Below, one piece after another: positions 9,939 to 18,071 of a DNA stretch of 64,000 nucleotides. The DNA comes from Candidatus Parcubacteria bacterium (lineage in GTDB: Bacteria > Patescibacteriota > Minisyncoccia > Phycocordibacterales > Zambryskibacteraceae): contig JAIFWJ010000001.1 in assembly GCA_019661865.1 (NCBI GenBank), positions 43,290 through 107,289 on the forward strand. The letters run 5' to 3'. Every line of letters begins with the position of its first letter. Positions within the stretch are counted from its first letter, which is position 1. Under the pieces are notes generated by a model. It did not search any database. It was not told where the DNA came from and was given only the letters and a program-made list of their open reading frames with translations. The position numbers and the translations under genes are program-made.

Positions 9939-10095
9939 ACGCAGGGTACGGACTCTCCTTAACCGAGGACCCGGGCGTATGCTCATTCATCGAATGGGAG
10001 GTGATCTGATCTAGGTGCCTCTCTCCTTGGATCAGCCCTTCGATCCTCTCTGACGCATAGCGTCTTCACGGGGCCTAGTCATAGACTAGGCCCTT
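9939..10095 (+). ncRNA. Structured ncRNA candidate A (family unknown)
   Basis: No credible ORF; nested stems 9975-82/10055-63, 9989-98/10036-44, 10006-15/10025-35; closing 10-bp hairpin 10071-10093. Confidence 0.5.
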
Positions 10096-10124
10096 AACTC
10101 TCCATAAGGTCAAGCATATATTAT

Positions 10125-10152
10125 TTGACAAATTAATTACTTGGTTTATAAT
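10125..10152 (+). promoter_or_regulatory. Consensus sigma70 promoter
   Basis: TTGACA-N16-TATAAT, both hexamers perfect. Confidence 0.85.
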
Positions 10153-10158
10153 ACTTCA

Positions 10159-10405
10159 AGATTCGGGTGAGGGCGATAGGTCAATAAGGGTGGTTTGCAC
10201 AGTACGAAGGCTCGGAAAGGCCCCTCGTTGTTAACTTTATTGCTTATCGTTACTCACCCAGCTTGTGGGGCCAGCCGTTCCGAATGATTGAATTAGTGCG
10301 ACCCGGAAATTCGCACTTATGAAATCTGAGGCGCGGCTGCGCCCGGCATTTATACCTACTAAGGTATTTCTGTAGGTATTTCCCGAGTTTTGGCTCGGGT
10401 TTTTT
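10159..10405 (+). ncRNA. Structured ncRNA candidate B (about 245 nt, family unknown)
   Basis: Perfect promoter, two long G-U-containing stem-loops, a third hairpin, intrinsic terminator, no credible ORF. Confidence 0.7.
10382..10405 (+). terminator. Intrinsic terminator of ncRNA B
   Basis: cccgagt-tttg-gctcggg followed by T6. Confidence 0.85.
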
Positions 10406-10544
10406 AATAATTTTTTAGTAAATTTTCCATAATACGGAGTCGAAAGAATAGGTTGACAGTTGCGTCTTTTATGATAGAAAGGGGCGAGATCCCCTTAAGT
10501 TCTTATACAGTGTTCTAGAGCGCGAGAGCGCAGGAGCGTGCAGA

Positions 10545-12245
10545 ATGCGGAAGTTGACCCTATTCCTAACTGCCTTAGGTCTCATAGTGAGCTGTAAAAA
10601 CAGCATCACTATTGATGACAAGGCGGTTGCGGGAGGAGGTGGAGGTGGGGGCGGAGGAACAGGACCGTGTTCTCTGAACTCCACAGTCACAGTCTCTCCA
10701 AAGTCGAACACACTCGTTGTGGGTTCGACCATGCAGGGCACGGCTACGTGGAACTGTGATGGAAAGGTCGAGTGGTACTCAACAGACGGATCGCGAGTAG
10801 ATGTGATTCATTTCGACACAACTTATGTGAACTCTCAGTTCCCATGGGGTGTCGGAACATTCAAGGCCGGCTTTATCAAGGCCTTGGCACCAGGACAAGC
10901 AGATGTCTGTGCGAAGCTGGTACTCTTCCCGAGTGTCCACGACTGCATGCACATCACAGTTACTGGCACTTCTACGACAGTCACAGTCTCAAGTGTGAAT
11001 GTTACTCCGCAAGGAGCGACAATCTCACTCTCGCTATCAAGCGGGACATGCTCGGCGACTCAGCTGTTCTCTGGACAAGTTCTAGGTTCGGACGGTCTTC
11101 CGTACTCGAACCAGGGCTTAACCTGGACCACTTCCGGAGGAGGGATCTCCTCCTCCGGTTTGTTTACAGCTTCGGCTCCAGGTACTTACACAGTTACGGG
11201 AGCATCCGTCGCAGATCCAAATGTGAAGGGCACTGCACAGATCACTGTGTCGGGCTCGTGTCAGCAGACCGGTCCAACGATTAACCCTGTTGGTCCTATC
11301 ACACTTGGTTCCGGTACAGGATGTACGAACAACACTGGAAGTGCATCGATCACGAACGGTGTAGCAGTAACGTGGACGAATTCCAATCCGTCCGTCGTCA
11401 CCGTCACCAGTTCGACTTCGACCACGGTGAACTTCGTATCCGTCTCTGGCACGTCTGGCTCTACCACTATCACAGGTACGGCAGCAAATGGATTGTCAGT
11501 GTCACTCCTGGTGAATGTCTCGAACGCGTCTTGTAACACTGGCGTCATAGCCTTTGGCACTCCGCGTCCAGCAGACACGACCATCATGGCGAACACTCGT
11601 TACCACTTGTATGTACCCTACACGGTGCCTGCAGGTGTGCGTAATGATGTGTTAGTGCGGACAAGCAACTGTCTGGCATATGTCGGTGCTCCGGTTATCA
11701 CCTCGACTGGTACGAACACGTATCAGATTGATCTGACTGTCCAGGGTATCGCCACGTGCCAAGGTGGAGTCATTATTCTCAAGTCTGCAGCAGATACCAC
11801 CATTTCTGTCACAGCGCATGCGAATGTGGTCTCCGCACCAGGACCGACGATCGTCTGTTCTCCGGCATCTGCAAGTGGAGTAGTAGGGACGGGTGGCAGA
11901 GTAATCTGCACCATCTCAGGCTCCACTGACACACGAGTATGGTACTACTCGACGGATCCCTCGCGTGTATCGGTGGTTCAGAAGGATACGACCTTCGCCG
12001 CCGCTACGAACCCGTGGACTGCGGGCTCCCACTTCGGTGGAGAGTATCGCTACATCTGGACAGGTAGTGCAGATGAGTGTGGGTACTCGCCGTCGAACCC
12101 TTCAATCATCGCATGCATTACGCATACGGTGACGGCGGCTTCCGGTAATCTCATAGCCTCGAGCACATTCGAGATTAGAGATCATCCGGTAACGGTTGAA
12201 CTCAACCGCTTGTACACGGCCGTGAGATCTAGGTCTCTGAAATAG
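10545..12245 (+). CDS. Cys/Thr/Ser-rich multi Ig-like (Big_2-type) surface lipoprotein, SD-led
   Basis: Signal peptide ending LIVS-C, poly-Gly linker, VTVSP/VNVTP and WTxSNPSVVTV Ig-like motifs; AGGAG 8 nt upstream. Confidence 0.75.
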   Translation: MRKLTLFLTALGLIVSCKNSITIDDKAVAGGGGGGGGGTGPCSLNSTVTVSPKSNTLVVGSTMQGTATWNCDGKVEWYSTDGSRVDVIHFDTTYVNSQFPWGVGTFKAGFIKALAPGQADVCAKLVLFPSVHDCMHITVTGTSTTVTVSSVNVTPQGATISLSLSSGTCSATQLFSGQVLGSDGLPYSNQGLTWTTSGGGISSSGLFTASAPGTYTVTGASVADPNVKGTAQITVSGSCQQTGPTINPVGPITLGSGTGCTNNTGSASITNGVAVTWTNSNPSVVTVTSSTSTTVNFVSVSGTSGSTTITGTAANGLSVSLLVNVSNASCNTGVIAFGTPRPADTTIMANTRYHLYVPYTVPAGVRNDVLVRTSNCLAYVGAPVITSTGTNTYQIDLTVQGIATCQGGVIILKSAADTTISVTAHANVVSAPGPTIVCSPASASGVVGTGGRVICTISGSTDTRVWYYSTDPSRVSVVQKDTTFAAATNPWTAGSHFGGEYRYIWTGSADECGYSPSNPSIIACITHTVTAASGNLIASSTFEIRDHPVTVELNRLYTAVRSRSLK

Positions 12246-12272
12246 TTTCTGTAAATAGTTATTGGGTATATG

Positions 12273-12301
12273 GCCTGTCCTCCTTCGGAGGCGGGCTTTT
12301 T
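12273..12301 (+). terminator. Intrinsic terminator
   Basis: gcctgtcctcc-ttc-ggaggcgggc followed by T5. Confidence 0.75.
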
Positions 12302-12315
12302 GTTATACTCATGCA

Positions 12316-13362
12316 ATGAAGAAAAAGGAGGAGAGTGGGGTCTTGTACCGCAAGTATAGACCACAAGGATGGAAGGATGTAGTGGGTCAAGACCATATTG
12401 TCTCGGTTTTAGAGAATCAAATAAAGCTTGGGAATCTTGCCCATGCGTATCTCTTTTCCGGGTCGCGAGGTACAGGTAAGACCTCTGTGGCGAGAATATT
12501 CGCTAGGGAAGTAGGAACAACCCCAGAAGATCTTTATGAGCTTGATGCGGCATCGAACAGAGGCATAGATGATGTGCGCGAGATCCGTGAAGCCGTAAAC
12601 ACGTTGCCGTTTGTCTCAAAGTACAAGGTTTATATATTCGACGAAGTACACATGCTGACGCGTGATGCTTGGAATGCATTTTTAAAAACTCTTGAGGAGC
12701 CGCCGAAGCATGTCATATTTATCTTAGCTACTACGGAGCTTGAGAAAGTTCCAGAGACTGTGATCTCAAGGTGCCAGACATTCGTATTTAGAAAACCCAA
12801 TCAGAAAATCCTCCGCGAGTTTGGAGAAGGAGTAGCTAAGAAAGAAGGGGTGAAGCTCCTGCCCGAGGCGGCAGAGCTCATAGCACTTCTCGGCGACGGA
12901 TCCTTCCGCGACTCTCACGGCATACTGGAGAAGATTCTTTCATCCACTAATGAGAAGGAAATTACTCGTGAGGAAGTAGAGAATGTTACAGGCGCACCTC
13001 GGGCCGAACTTGTGAGAAATGTTTTAGAAGCCATAGTGAAAAATAATTTGGAAAAAGGTCTTAATGCTGTGGCTCTAGCTCGAGAGGGAAATGTGGACAT
13101 GAAAGTTTTCTCCAAGATGATACTTGAGAGAATGCGCTTCCTATTTCTCCTCAGACTTAAGGCAGGCCTCGAGAATCACATCCTGGCTGAGACTTCTGAA
13201 GATGATTTCGAATTTCTAAAGAAACTTGCAGGAGAGGCCAATGGAAGTTTAACTTCAGAAACCTTGGTGCGTTTTATAGAAGCGTTTGAAAATTCTGGTC
13301 GATCTACACTTCCAGAACTCTCACTCGAGTTGGCTCTAACCGACTCGATAAAGACTGTTTGA
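12316..13362 (+). CDS. dnaX: DNA polymerase III subunit gamma/tau (short form)
   Basis: LYRKYRPQ, GSRGTGKTS, ELDAASNRGIDDVR, DEVHML, SRC; start moved to ATG 12316 (TGtTATACT 6 nt upstream). Confidence 0.95.
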   Translation: MKKKEESGVLYRKYRPQGWKDVVGQDHIVSVLENQIKLGNLAHAYLFSGSRGTGKTSVARIFAREVGTTPEDLYELDAASNRGIDDVREIREAVNTLPFVSKYKVYIFDEVHMLTRDAWNAFLKTLEEPPKHVIFILATTELEKVPETVISRCQTFVFRKPNQKILREFGEGVAKKEGVKLLPEAAELIALLGDGSFRDSHGILEKILSSTNEKEITREEVENVTGAPRAELVRNVLEAIVKNNLEKGLNAVALAREGNVDMKVFSKMILERMRFLFLLRLKAGLENHILAETSEDDFEFLKKLAGEANGSLTSETLVRFIEAFENSGRSTLPELSLELALTDSIKTV

Positions 13363-13386
13363 ATTCTACATGTATAGAATGTATAG

Positions 13387-13410
13387 AAAAACGACCCATA
13401 TATGGGTCGT
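13387..13410 (-). terminator. Intrinsic terminator
   Basis: A-run then acgaccca-tata-tgggtcgt, 2 nt from the stop of the DHOD-like gene. Confidence 0.75.
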
Positions 13411-13412
13411 GA

Positions 13413-14336
13413 TTAGAGTTCTCTAATGATGCTCTGCACTCTCCAAGGTCGTAGAAAGGCCACTGAGCCGAGGAAGATTGAGTCTACTCTCGATATCACC
13501 TGATGCGCTTCTTCCTTCGAGAGAATACCGCCTCCGGCGTTAATAGGCTTTACTATTCCAGCTCTAGTTGCTCGCGTGAGCCAATCCAGAAGTATGGGGA
13601 GTAAGGGCCTTCCAGATAAACCGCCTCCGCCGAGACTCTGAAGTGGAGACTCTTCACTTCCGAAGAGTTCTTTCCAGTTTATAAGCCTAGGTAGCTGGCC
13701 CCAAGGGATGGTGTTCGAGACGCATAGCGCGTCGCAAGCTGGATGCTCACTCACATTAGCCGCAATCTCGACCGGAAGAACGACGTTGAACTTGGGCATG
13801 AGAGGAATATCAAGAGTTGCTGCAATCTCCAATCCACTCATCACTTCCTCTGTAAGCTCTTCGACATGCAGGCCGACATTTGGGCATGAGTAGTTGATCT
13901 GAAGACCAACATTTCCAGCGAACCCTGGCAGATAGTCTGAAAACATTCTTACAAACTGTCGGAGCTCTGTCTTCCGTTCTGATGCAGAACTGGCTACTGA
14001 CATAAACGAGATGAAAAACGAGTCGGTGCGAGCTTGCCACCGACCAGTCTCGAAAAGAGCTCGTGCACCAGGACCAGATAGGCCAACGGCGTTTAGTGCT
14101 ACACCCTTCCAGGGCTTCACTACGATGCACTTGGGCAGCCGTTCGCGAGGAGTGAAGTCGCTCCGAAGCGGCATGTTGCCCGGGCGAGGGAGGAGAGTGG
14201 TCGTTTTAGCTACAAATGTAGCTCCCTGGAAATCTGGACCGAAGGGCAGGTGGTGGAACCAGTATCCTTCTCCGAAAAAGCCCTGTACTCCGCTTGCTCC
14301 AAGGACACGTCCATACTCTACGTCACGAAGTCGCAT
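13413..14336 (-). CDS. Dihydroorotate dehydrogenase-like FMN TIM-barrel enzyme, SD-led
   Basis: AKTTT..PRPGN, LNAVGLSGPG, NYSCPNV (catalytic Cys loop), SNT, GGLSG, GGGI. Confidence 0.75.
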   Translation of the reverse strand: MRLRDVEYGRVLGASGVQGFFGEGYWFHHLPFGPDFQGATFVAKTTTLLPRPGNMPLRSDFTPRERLPKCIVVKPWKGVALNAVGLSGPGARALFETGRWQARTDSFFISFMSVASSASERKTELRQFVRMFSDYLPGFAGNVGLQINYSCPNVGLHVEELTEEVMSGLEIAATLDIPLMPKFNVVLPVEIAANVSEHPACDALCVSNTIPWGQLPRLINWKELFGSEESPLQSLGGGGLSGRPLLPILLDWLTRATRAGIVKPINAGGGILSKEEAHQVISRVDSIFLGSVAFLRPWRVQSIIREL

Positions 14337-14417
14337 GGAAAACCTCTGTCTGTATGAGGGTCTGGATAGAGAATACTCACAAACTAGTTAAACGCAACTA
14401 GCGGGTATACTGTATAC

Positions 14418-14912
14418 ATGCATACCGGTGTCCCATACTTCGAAGATGAAGATTCCAAGCAGAAGCCGGGCGTGAGGGTAGTAGAGAGAAATAACATAAA
14501 TGCCATTGTCTATAATAAAGAGACAGATGAAGTGCTGTGCCTCGACTGGCAGAAGTTCGGCTGGAAAACATTTATCATAGGTGGAGTAGAAGGAGACGAA
14601 GATCCGGTAGAAGCTGCTAAGCGAGAAATACTAGAAGAGACAGGATATAAGAATTTGAAACTTATCTCTCACTTGGGTAAGACCCGCTCTGGTTATTATG
14701 CAGCTCATAAAGGAGAGAACAGAATATCGAACGCCACGGGGCTTCTTTTTGAATTAGAAAACGATGAAAGGGAAGTAGTGCCCGATGCAGAGAATCTCCC
14801 GCACATCTTCATCTGGCTTCCTCAGAGTAAAGTATCTTCTTTCATAACTCCAAGTTCTCAGAAATATTATTGGCAGAAGGCCCAAGAGTATTTAACGAGC
14901 CAGACTATCTGA
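14418..14912 (+). CDS. NUDIX hydrolase
   Basis: Nudix box GGVEGDEDPVEAAKREILEETGY. Confidence 0.9.
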   Translation: MHTGVPYFEDEDSKQKPGVRVVERNNINAIVYNKETDEVLCLDWQKFGWKTFIIGGVEGDEDPVEAAKREILEETGYKNLKLISHLGKTRSGYYAAHKGENRISNATGLLFELENDEREVVPDAENLPHIFIWLPQSKVSSFITPSSQKYYWQKAQEYLTSQTI

Positions 14913-14936
14913 ACTGGATAATGAGGCTTGGTCATC

Positions 14937-15317
14937 CTAAGAAGATAAGAATTGAGCCAGGATGCCCACAACCACACCGACACCTATGACGCCACCGACA
15001 ATGGTGATACGCCTGACAGTGTCTACTTTTCTTATGTGGAGAATATAAGCAAATATAAGAAGCATTAGGAAGTACAGTGCACTCATGAAGTACCAGTCGA
15101 AAATCTGGAGAAATGCGCGAGTGGTGGAGGAGATAGCGGGGTTACTCAGTATGTGTTCTTGGAGCCAGAAGTGTATGGCATCTGTGGGGTCAGGAGCAAG
15201 TTCTCCCAAGAATGCACCAAGTAAGAATATACCCACTGGAGTCTTAAGAAACTTTTCTTCGGATGAAAACCAACTCTGTACTCTTATCCTCACACCAAGA
15301 AAATTTCCTTTTATCAT
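14937..15317 (-). CDS. Membrane protein (about 3 TM), unknown function
   Basis: Start moved to ATG 15317 because the longer ORF overlaps tRNA-Gln; hydrophobic segments. Confidence 0.65.
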   Translation of the reverse strand: MIKGNFLGVRIRVQSWFSSEEKFLKTPVGIFLLGAFLGELAPDPTDAIHFWLQEHILSNPAISSTTRAFLQIFDWYFMSALYFLMLLIFAYILHIRKVDTVRRITIVGGVIGVGVVVGILAQFLSS

Positions 15318-15362
15318 ATTAATATTATTAATAATTGTATCACTCTCGAATGACGCACGAGT

Positions 15363-15436
15363 TGGCTGCCGGTCAGGGACTCGAACCCCAATACCCTCCT
15401 CCAAAGGGAGGTGTCCTACCATTAGACGAACCGGCA
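15363..15436 (-). tRNA. tRNA-Gln(UUG), CCA encoded
   Basis: Acceptor TGCCGGT/ACCGGCA, anticodon arm CCTCC-CTTTGGA-GGAGG, T-loop GGTTCGAGTCC, 3' GCCA. Confidence 0.95.
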
Positions 15437-15508
15437 ATAAGTACAAATTAACAGAGTTTAGGCCTTTTTGAAAGATGAGACGAAACCGATGCAGAAGAAA
15501 TTTTCAAC

Positions 15509-15532
15509 AAAAAAGCTGTCTTGTGACAGCTT
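15509..15532 (-). terminator. Intrinsic terminator abutting the stop of the 15531-15830 orphan
   Basis: A6 then gctgtc-ttgt-gacagc directly followed by the stop. Confidence 0.7.
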
Positions 15533-15830
15533 ACGAGGCGATGGGTTTACCCACTTCTTCACAGTAGAACTCCCAAGCTTCCTCAAGGAGGATGATGTCT
15601 TGGAAGGTGGGTCTATGCTCCTTTATGCCGGAGGAGTGTCCGTGATATTTCTTGAACTCTCTCACTACTTTAGTCATGGGGTTGGGGGTCTCGAGCCTTC
15701 TTAGGGACGAGTCGTTCTCCCAGAATCTCCTTACAGCTTCTCGATCAGTGACTTCGACATGGGCGTAAGTCTCCGCCATTTTTAAAATCATGCGGATGAA
15801 TCTCGATCTCAACGGACGGTCATTAGTCAT
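15531..15830 (-). CDS. Orphan hypothetical protein, SD-led
   Basis: GAGGAG 5 nt before ATG, TGgTAGTTT extended -10, terminator at stop. Confidence 0.65.
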   Translation of the reverse strand: MTNDRPLRSRFIRMILKMAETYAHVEVTDREAVRRFWENDSSLRRLETPNPMTKVVREFKKYHGHSSGIKEHRPTFQDIILLEEAWEFYCEEVGKPIAS

Positions 15831-15935
15831 AACATCTCCTCTGGTCTAGGTTGAAACTACCAGAAATGAAAGCTTTTTGGAAGTCTGTGACAGATTCTAA
15901 TTAACTGCCAGTGAATTTTATTATATAATTACAAT

Positions 15936-16193
15936 ATGAATTTCAATTCAAAAAAGACTTCATTATTAATCTTGGGTATAACAGCTATCGTGTGCACTAG
16001 GACAATGTTCTCGTTTTTCAACGACCCTGAGGGTCCGAACTTACTCATAGTTATGGTAGGAGCATTAGTCGTTTATGCCTTGTCTCTGTTGGTATACAAG
16101 TTCAGCTCTTCACTTACTGGTACCAAAAAACTTCTGCTAACGATTTTTACTCAGATAATAATAGTCTCTGGCTTCTACTTCTATTTGAGTTAA
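15936..16193 (+). CDS. Small 3-TM membrane protein
   Basis: Hydrophobic, FFNDPEGPNLL loop; TATAAT 6 nt before ATG. Confidence 0.7.
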   Translation: MNFNSKKTSLLILGITAIVCTRTMFSFFNDPEGPNLLIVMVGALVVYALSLLVYKFSSSLTGTKKLLLTIFTQIIIVSGFYFYLS

Positions 16194-16228
16194 GAATTCG
16201 ATCTGTTCTCTTTTGCTATGATATAAAG

Positions 16229-16825
16229 ATGAGAAAAATAATTACGGCTACGTTTGTCACGCTTGATGGTGTCATGCAGGCACCAGGAGGTCCGGAGGAG
16301 GACAAGACGGGCGGGTTCACACATGGCGGCTGGCAAATGTCATATCCCACGGACGATATAACGAATTCTATTATCAGTGGATTCTTTAATATTCCGTTTG
16401 AACTACTTCTGGGGAGAGTTACTTATGATATCTTTGCCTCATTCTGGCCAACCGCGAAGACTGATCTAGAGGTGGCCGAACCTTTTAATAAGACAAGGAA
16501 GTATGTTGTGTCTCATAAATCATTCAAGCCATCTTGGAATAATTCTGTTTGTGTTACTGGTAATATTGCGACAGAGATTAAGAAACTCAAAGAAGAGGAT
16601 GGTCCAGATTTATGGGTATGGGGTAGTGGGAACCTCATTCAGACATTACTCAAAGAACATTTGATCGATCGGATGCATCTACTGATATACCCTATTACGA
16701 TAGGCCAAGGTAAGAAGCTTTTTGCGGAAGGAACTCAAGCACAGAACTTCAAACTTGTTGATTCCAAAATCTCAACAACTGGTGTCATCTTTGCCACATA
16801 CGAACCTGCTGGGCCCCTCAAGTAG
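16229..16825 (+). CDS. Dihydrofolate reductase family / RibD C-terminal domain protein
   Basis: FVTLDGVMQAPGG, LLLGRVTY, VWGSGNLIQTL, PITIGQGKKLF. Confidence 0.9.
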   Translation: MRKIITATFVTLDGVMQAPGGPEEDKTGGFTHGGWQMSYPTDDITNSIISGFFNIPFELLLGRVTYDIFASFWPTAKTDLEVAEPFNKTRKYVVSHKSFKPSWNNSVCVTGNIATEIKKLKEEDGPDLWVWGSGNLIQTLLKEHLIDRMHLLIYPITIGQGKKLFAEGTQAQNFKLVDSKISTTGVIFATYEPAGPLK

Positions 16826-16873
16826 TCGAGAGTTTTGCTATCATAAACGCATTACCAGCTCGTCTATACAGAC

Positions 16874-17107
16874 ATGTCACAAGAAGAATTCAAAATTAAT
16901 GGGGAGGAAGTTCTACACAAGGTGAAGGAGCTTATAAGAGAAGGTAATGCCAGGAAGATTACCATAAAGAACGAGAAGGGGGATACAGTCTTAGACATCC
17001 CACTCACCGTGGGTGCCATAGGAGCGCTTCTGGCTCCAATGCTAGCGGCAGTGGGGGCAGCGGCAGCACTGCTTACGAAGTGCACTATCATAGTGGAGAA
17101 GAAATAG
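16874..17107 (+). CDS. DUF4342-like small protein
   Basis: KVKELIREGNARKITIK...IPLTVG...CTIIVEK pattern. Confidence 0.8.
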   Translation: MSQEEFKINGEEVLHKVKELIREGNARKITIKNEKGDTVLDIPLTVGAIGALLAPMLAAVGAAAALLTKCTIIVEKK

Positions 17108-17152
17108 ATTCTCCTCTATACTTTATACATATAACAGATAATCAGATAAAAG

Positions 17153-17485
17153 ATGGCAAAAGCAAAAAAGAAAACAGTGAAGAAGTCAGCTAAAAAGTCG
17201 GTAAGAAAATCAGCCAAAAAATCCAGTGGGAAAAGGAAAGCAGGTGGAGCATTCATGAAGCCAATGAAGATTGATCTAGTCTTGGGTGCTGTAGTAGGTA
17301 AGGGTCCCATGCCCCGCACAGAGGTGACCAAGAAGCTTTGGGGTTATATAAGGAAGCATGGCCTTCAAGACAAGAAGAATAGAAGAAACATTAACTCTGA
17401 CGAGAAGCTTAAAGCAGTCTTTAGGGGTAAGAGGCAGGTGAGTATGTTCGAGATGACCAAGCTCGTCTCCAAGCACCTCTCGTAA
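17153..17485 (+). CDS. SWIB/MDM2 domain protein with Lys-rich N-terminal tail
   Basis: FMKP...MPRTEVTKKLWGYIRKHGLQD...VSMFEMTKLVSKHL. Confidence 0.9.
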   Translation: MAKAKKKTVKKSAKKSVRKSAKKSSGKRKAGGAFMKPMKIDLVLGAVVGKGPMPRTEVTKKLWGYIRKHGLQDKKNRRNINSDEKLKAVFRGKRQVSMFEMTKLVSKHLS

Positions 17486-17525
17486 ATCATAGATAATTTT
17501 ACCAGACTAATACGTCTAAACGTTT

Positions 17526-18056
17526 ATGTATAAACCAGGACTAGGTATTCTTATTGCAATTATAATTATTGCCGGACTTTATGCTGCCACTAGAAAGTCT
17601 ATACCCGTATCTATACCAGATACAGGTGGAATGAGTACTAGTACTAATTCTGGTAGTAGTTCTGGCACAATGCCAGTCGGCCAGAGTCCTACAGATCTAG
17701 GTACTAAATACATCCAAGGACAAGACTGGCCACCCATGCTCCAGGTGGTAAGTGGTCCCTTCTCTTGTACTCCGGCGGGTTCTGTCACAGCTACTGCTGG
17801 ACAAACGGTCAAGAGACAGATAAACGGCCACACATATTGTGTCACTTTGGAGAGGCAAGGGGCAGCAGGAAGTACTTATGACCAGTACGCCTATGCATAC
17901 GAGAAATCTGGCAAGGTAGACATCTTAACTTTCACACTTCGTTTACCACAATGTCTGAACTATGAAGACCCACAGAAAACTGAGTGTACTAACGAGAGAA
18001 ACTCATTCAACATAGATCAGATCATTGACCGCATCGCTTTCCCCGAGACTCATTAA
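17526..18056 (+). CDS. Membrane-anchored exported hypothetical protein
   Basis: N-terminal TM, Ser/Thr linker, four Cys, GAAGSTY motif. Confidence 0.7.
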   Translation: MYKPGLGILIAIIIIAGLYAATRKSIPVSIPDTGGMSTSTNSGSSSGTMPVGQSPTDLGTKYIQGQDWPPMLQVVSGPFSCTPAGSVTATAGQTVKRQINGHTYCVTLERQGAAGSTYDQYAYAYEKSGKVDILTFTLRLPQCLNYEDPQKTECTNERNSFNIDQIIDRIAFPETH

Positions 18057-18071
18057 TAAAATTAAAAAACT

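Noticed and set aside
10204-10228. SRP (4.5S) RNA identity for ncRNA B because of the GGAA loop and proximity to dnaX
   Set aside because: The conserved CAGG...GGAA...AGCAG internal-loop motif is absent, so it is left as an unknown RNA.
10629-10657. Poly-Gly tract as a phase-variable simple repeat
   Set aside because: Encoded by mixed GGA/GGT/GGG/GGC codons, so it is a protein linker rather than a slippage tract.
12316-13362. Short dnaX as a frameshifted or broken tau gene
   Set aside because: No slippery site or continuing frame after the stop; compact forms fit the genome reduction also seen in relA, proS and holB.
15318-15446. N-terminal extension of the 14937-15446 ORF
   Set aside because: It overlaps tRNA-Gln; the start is better placed at ATG 15317.
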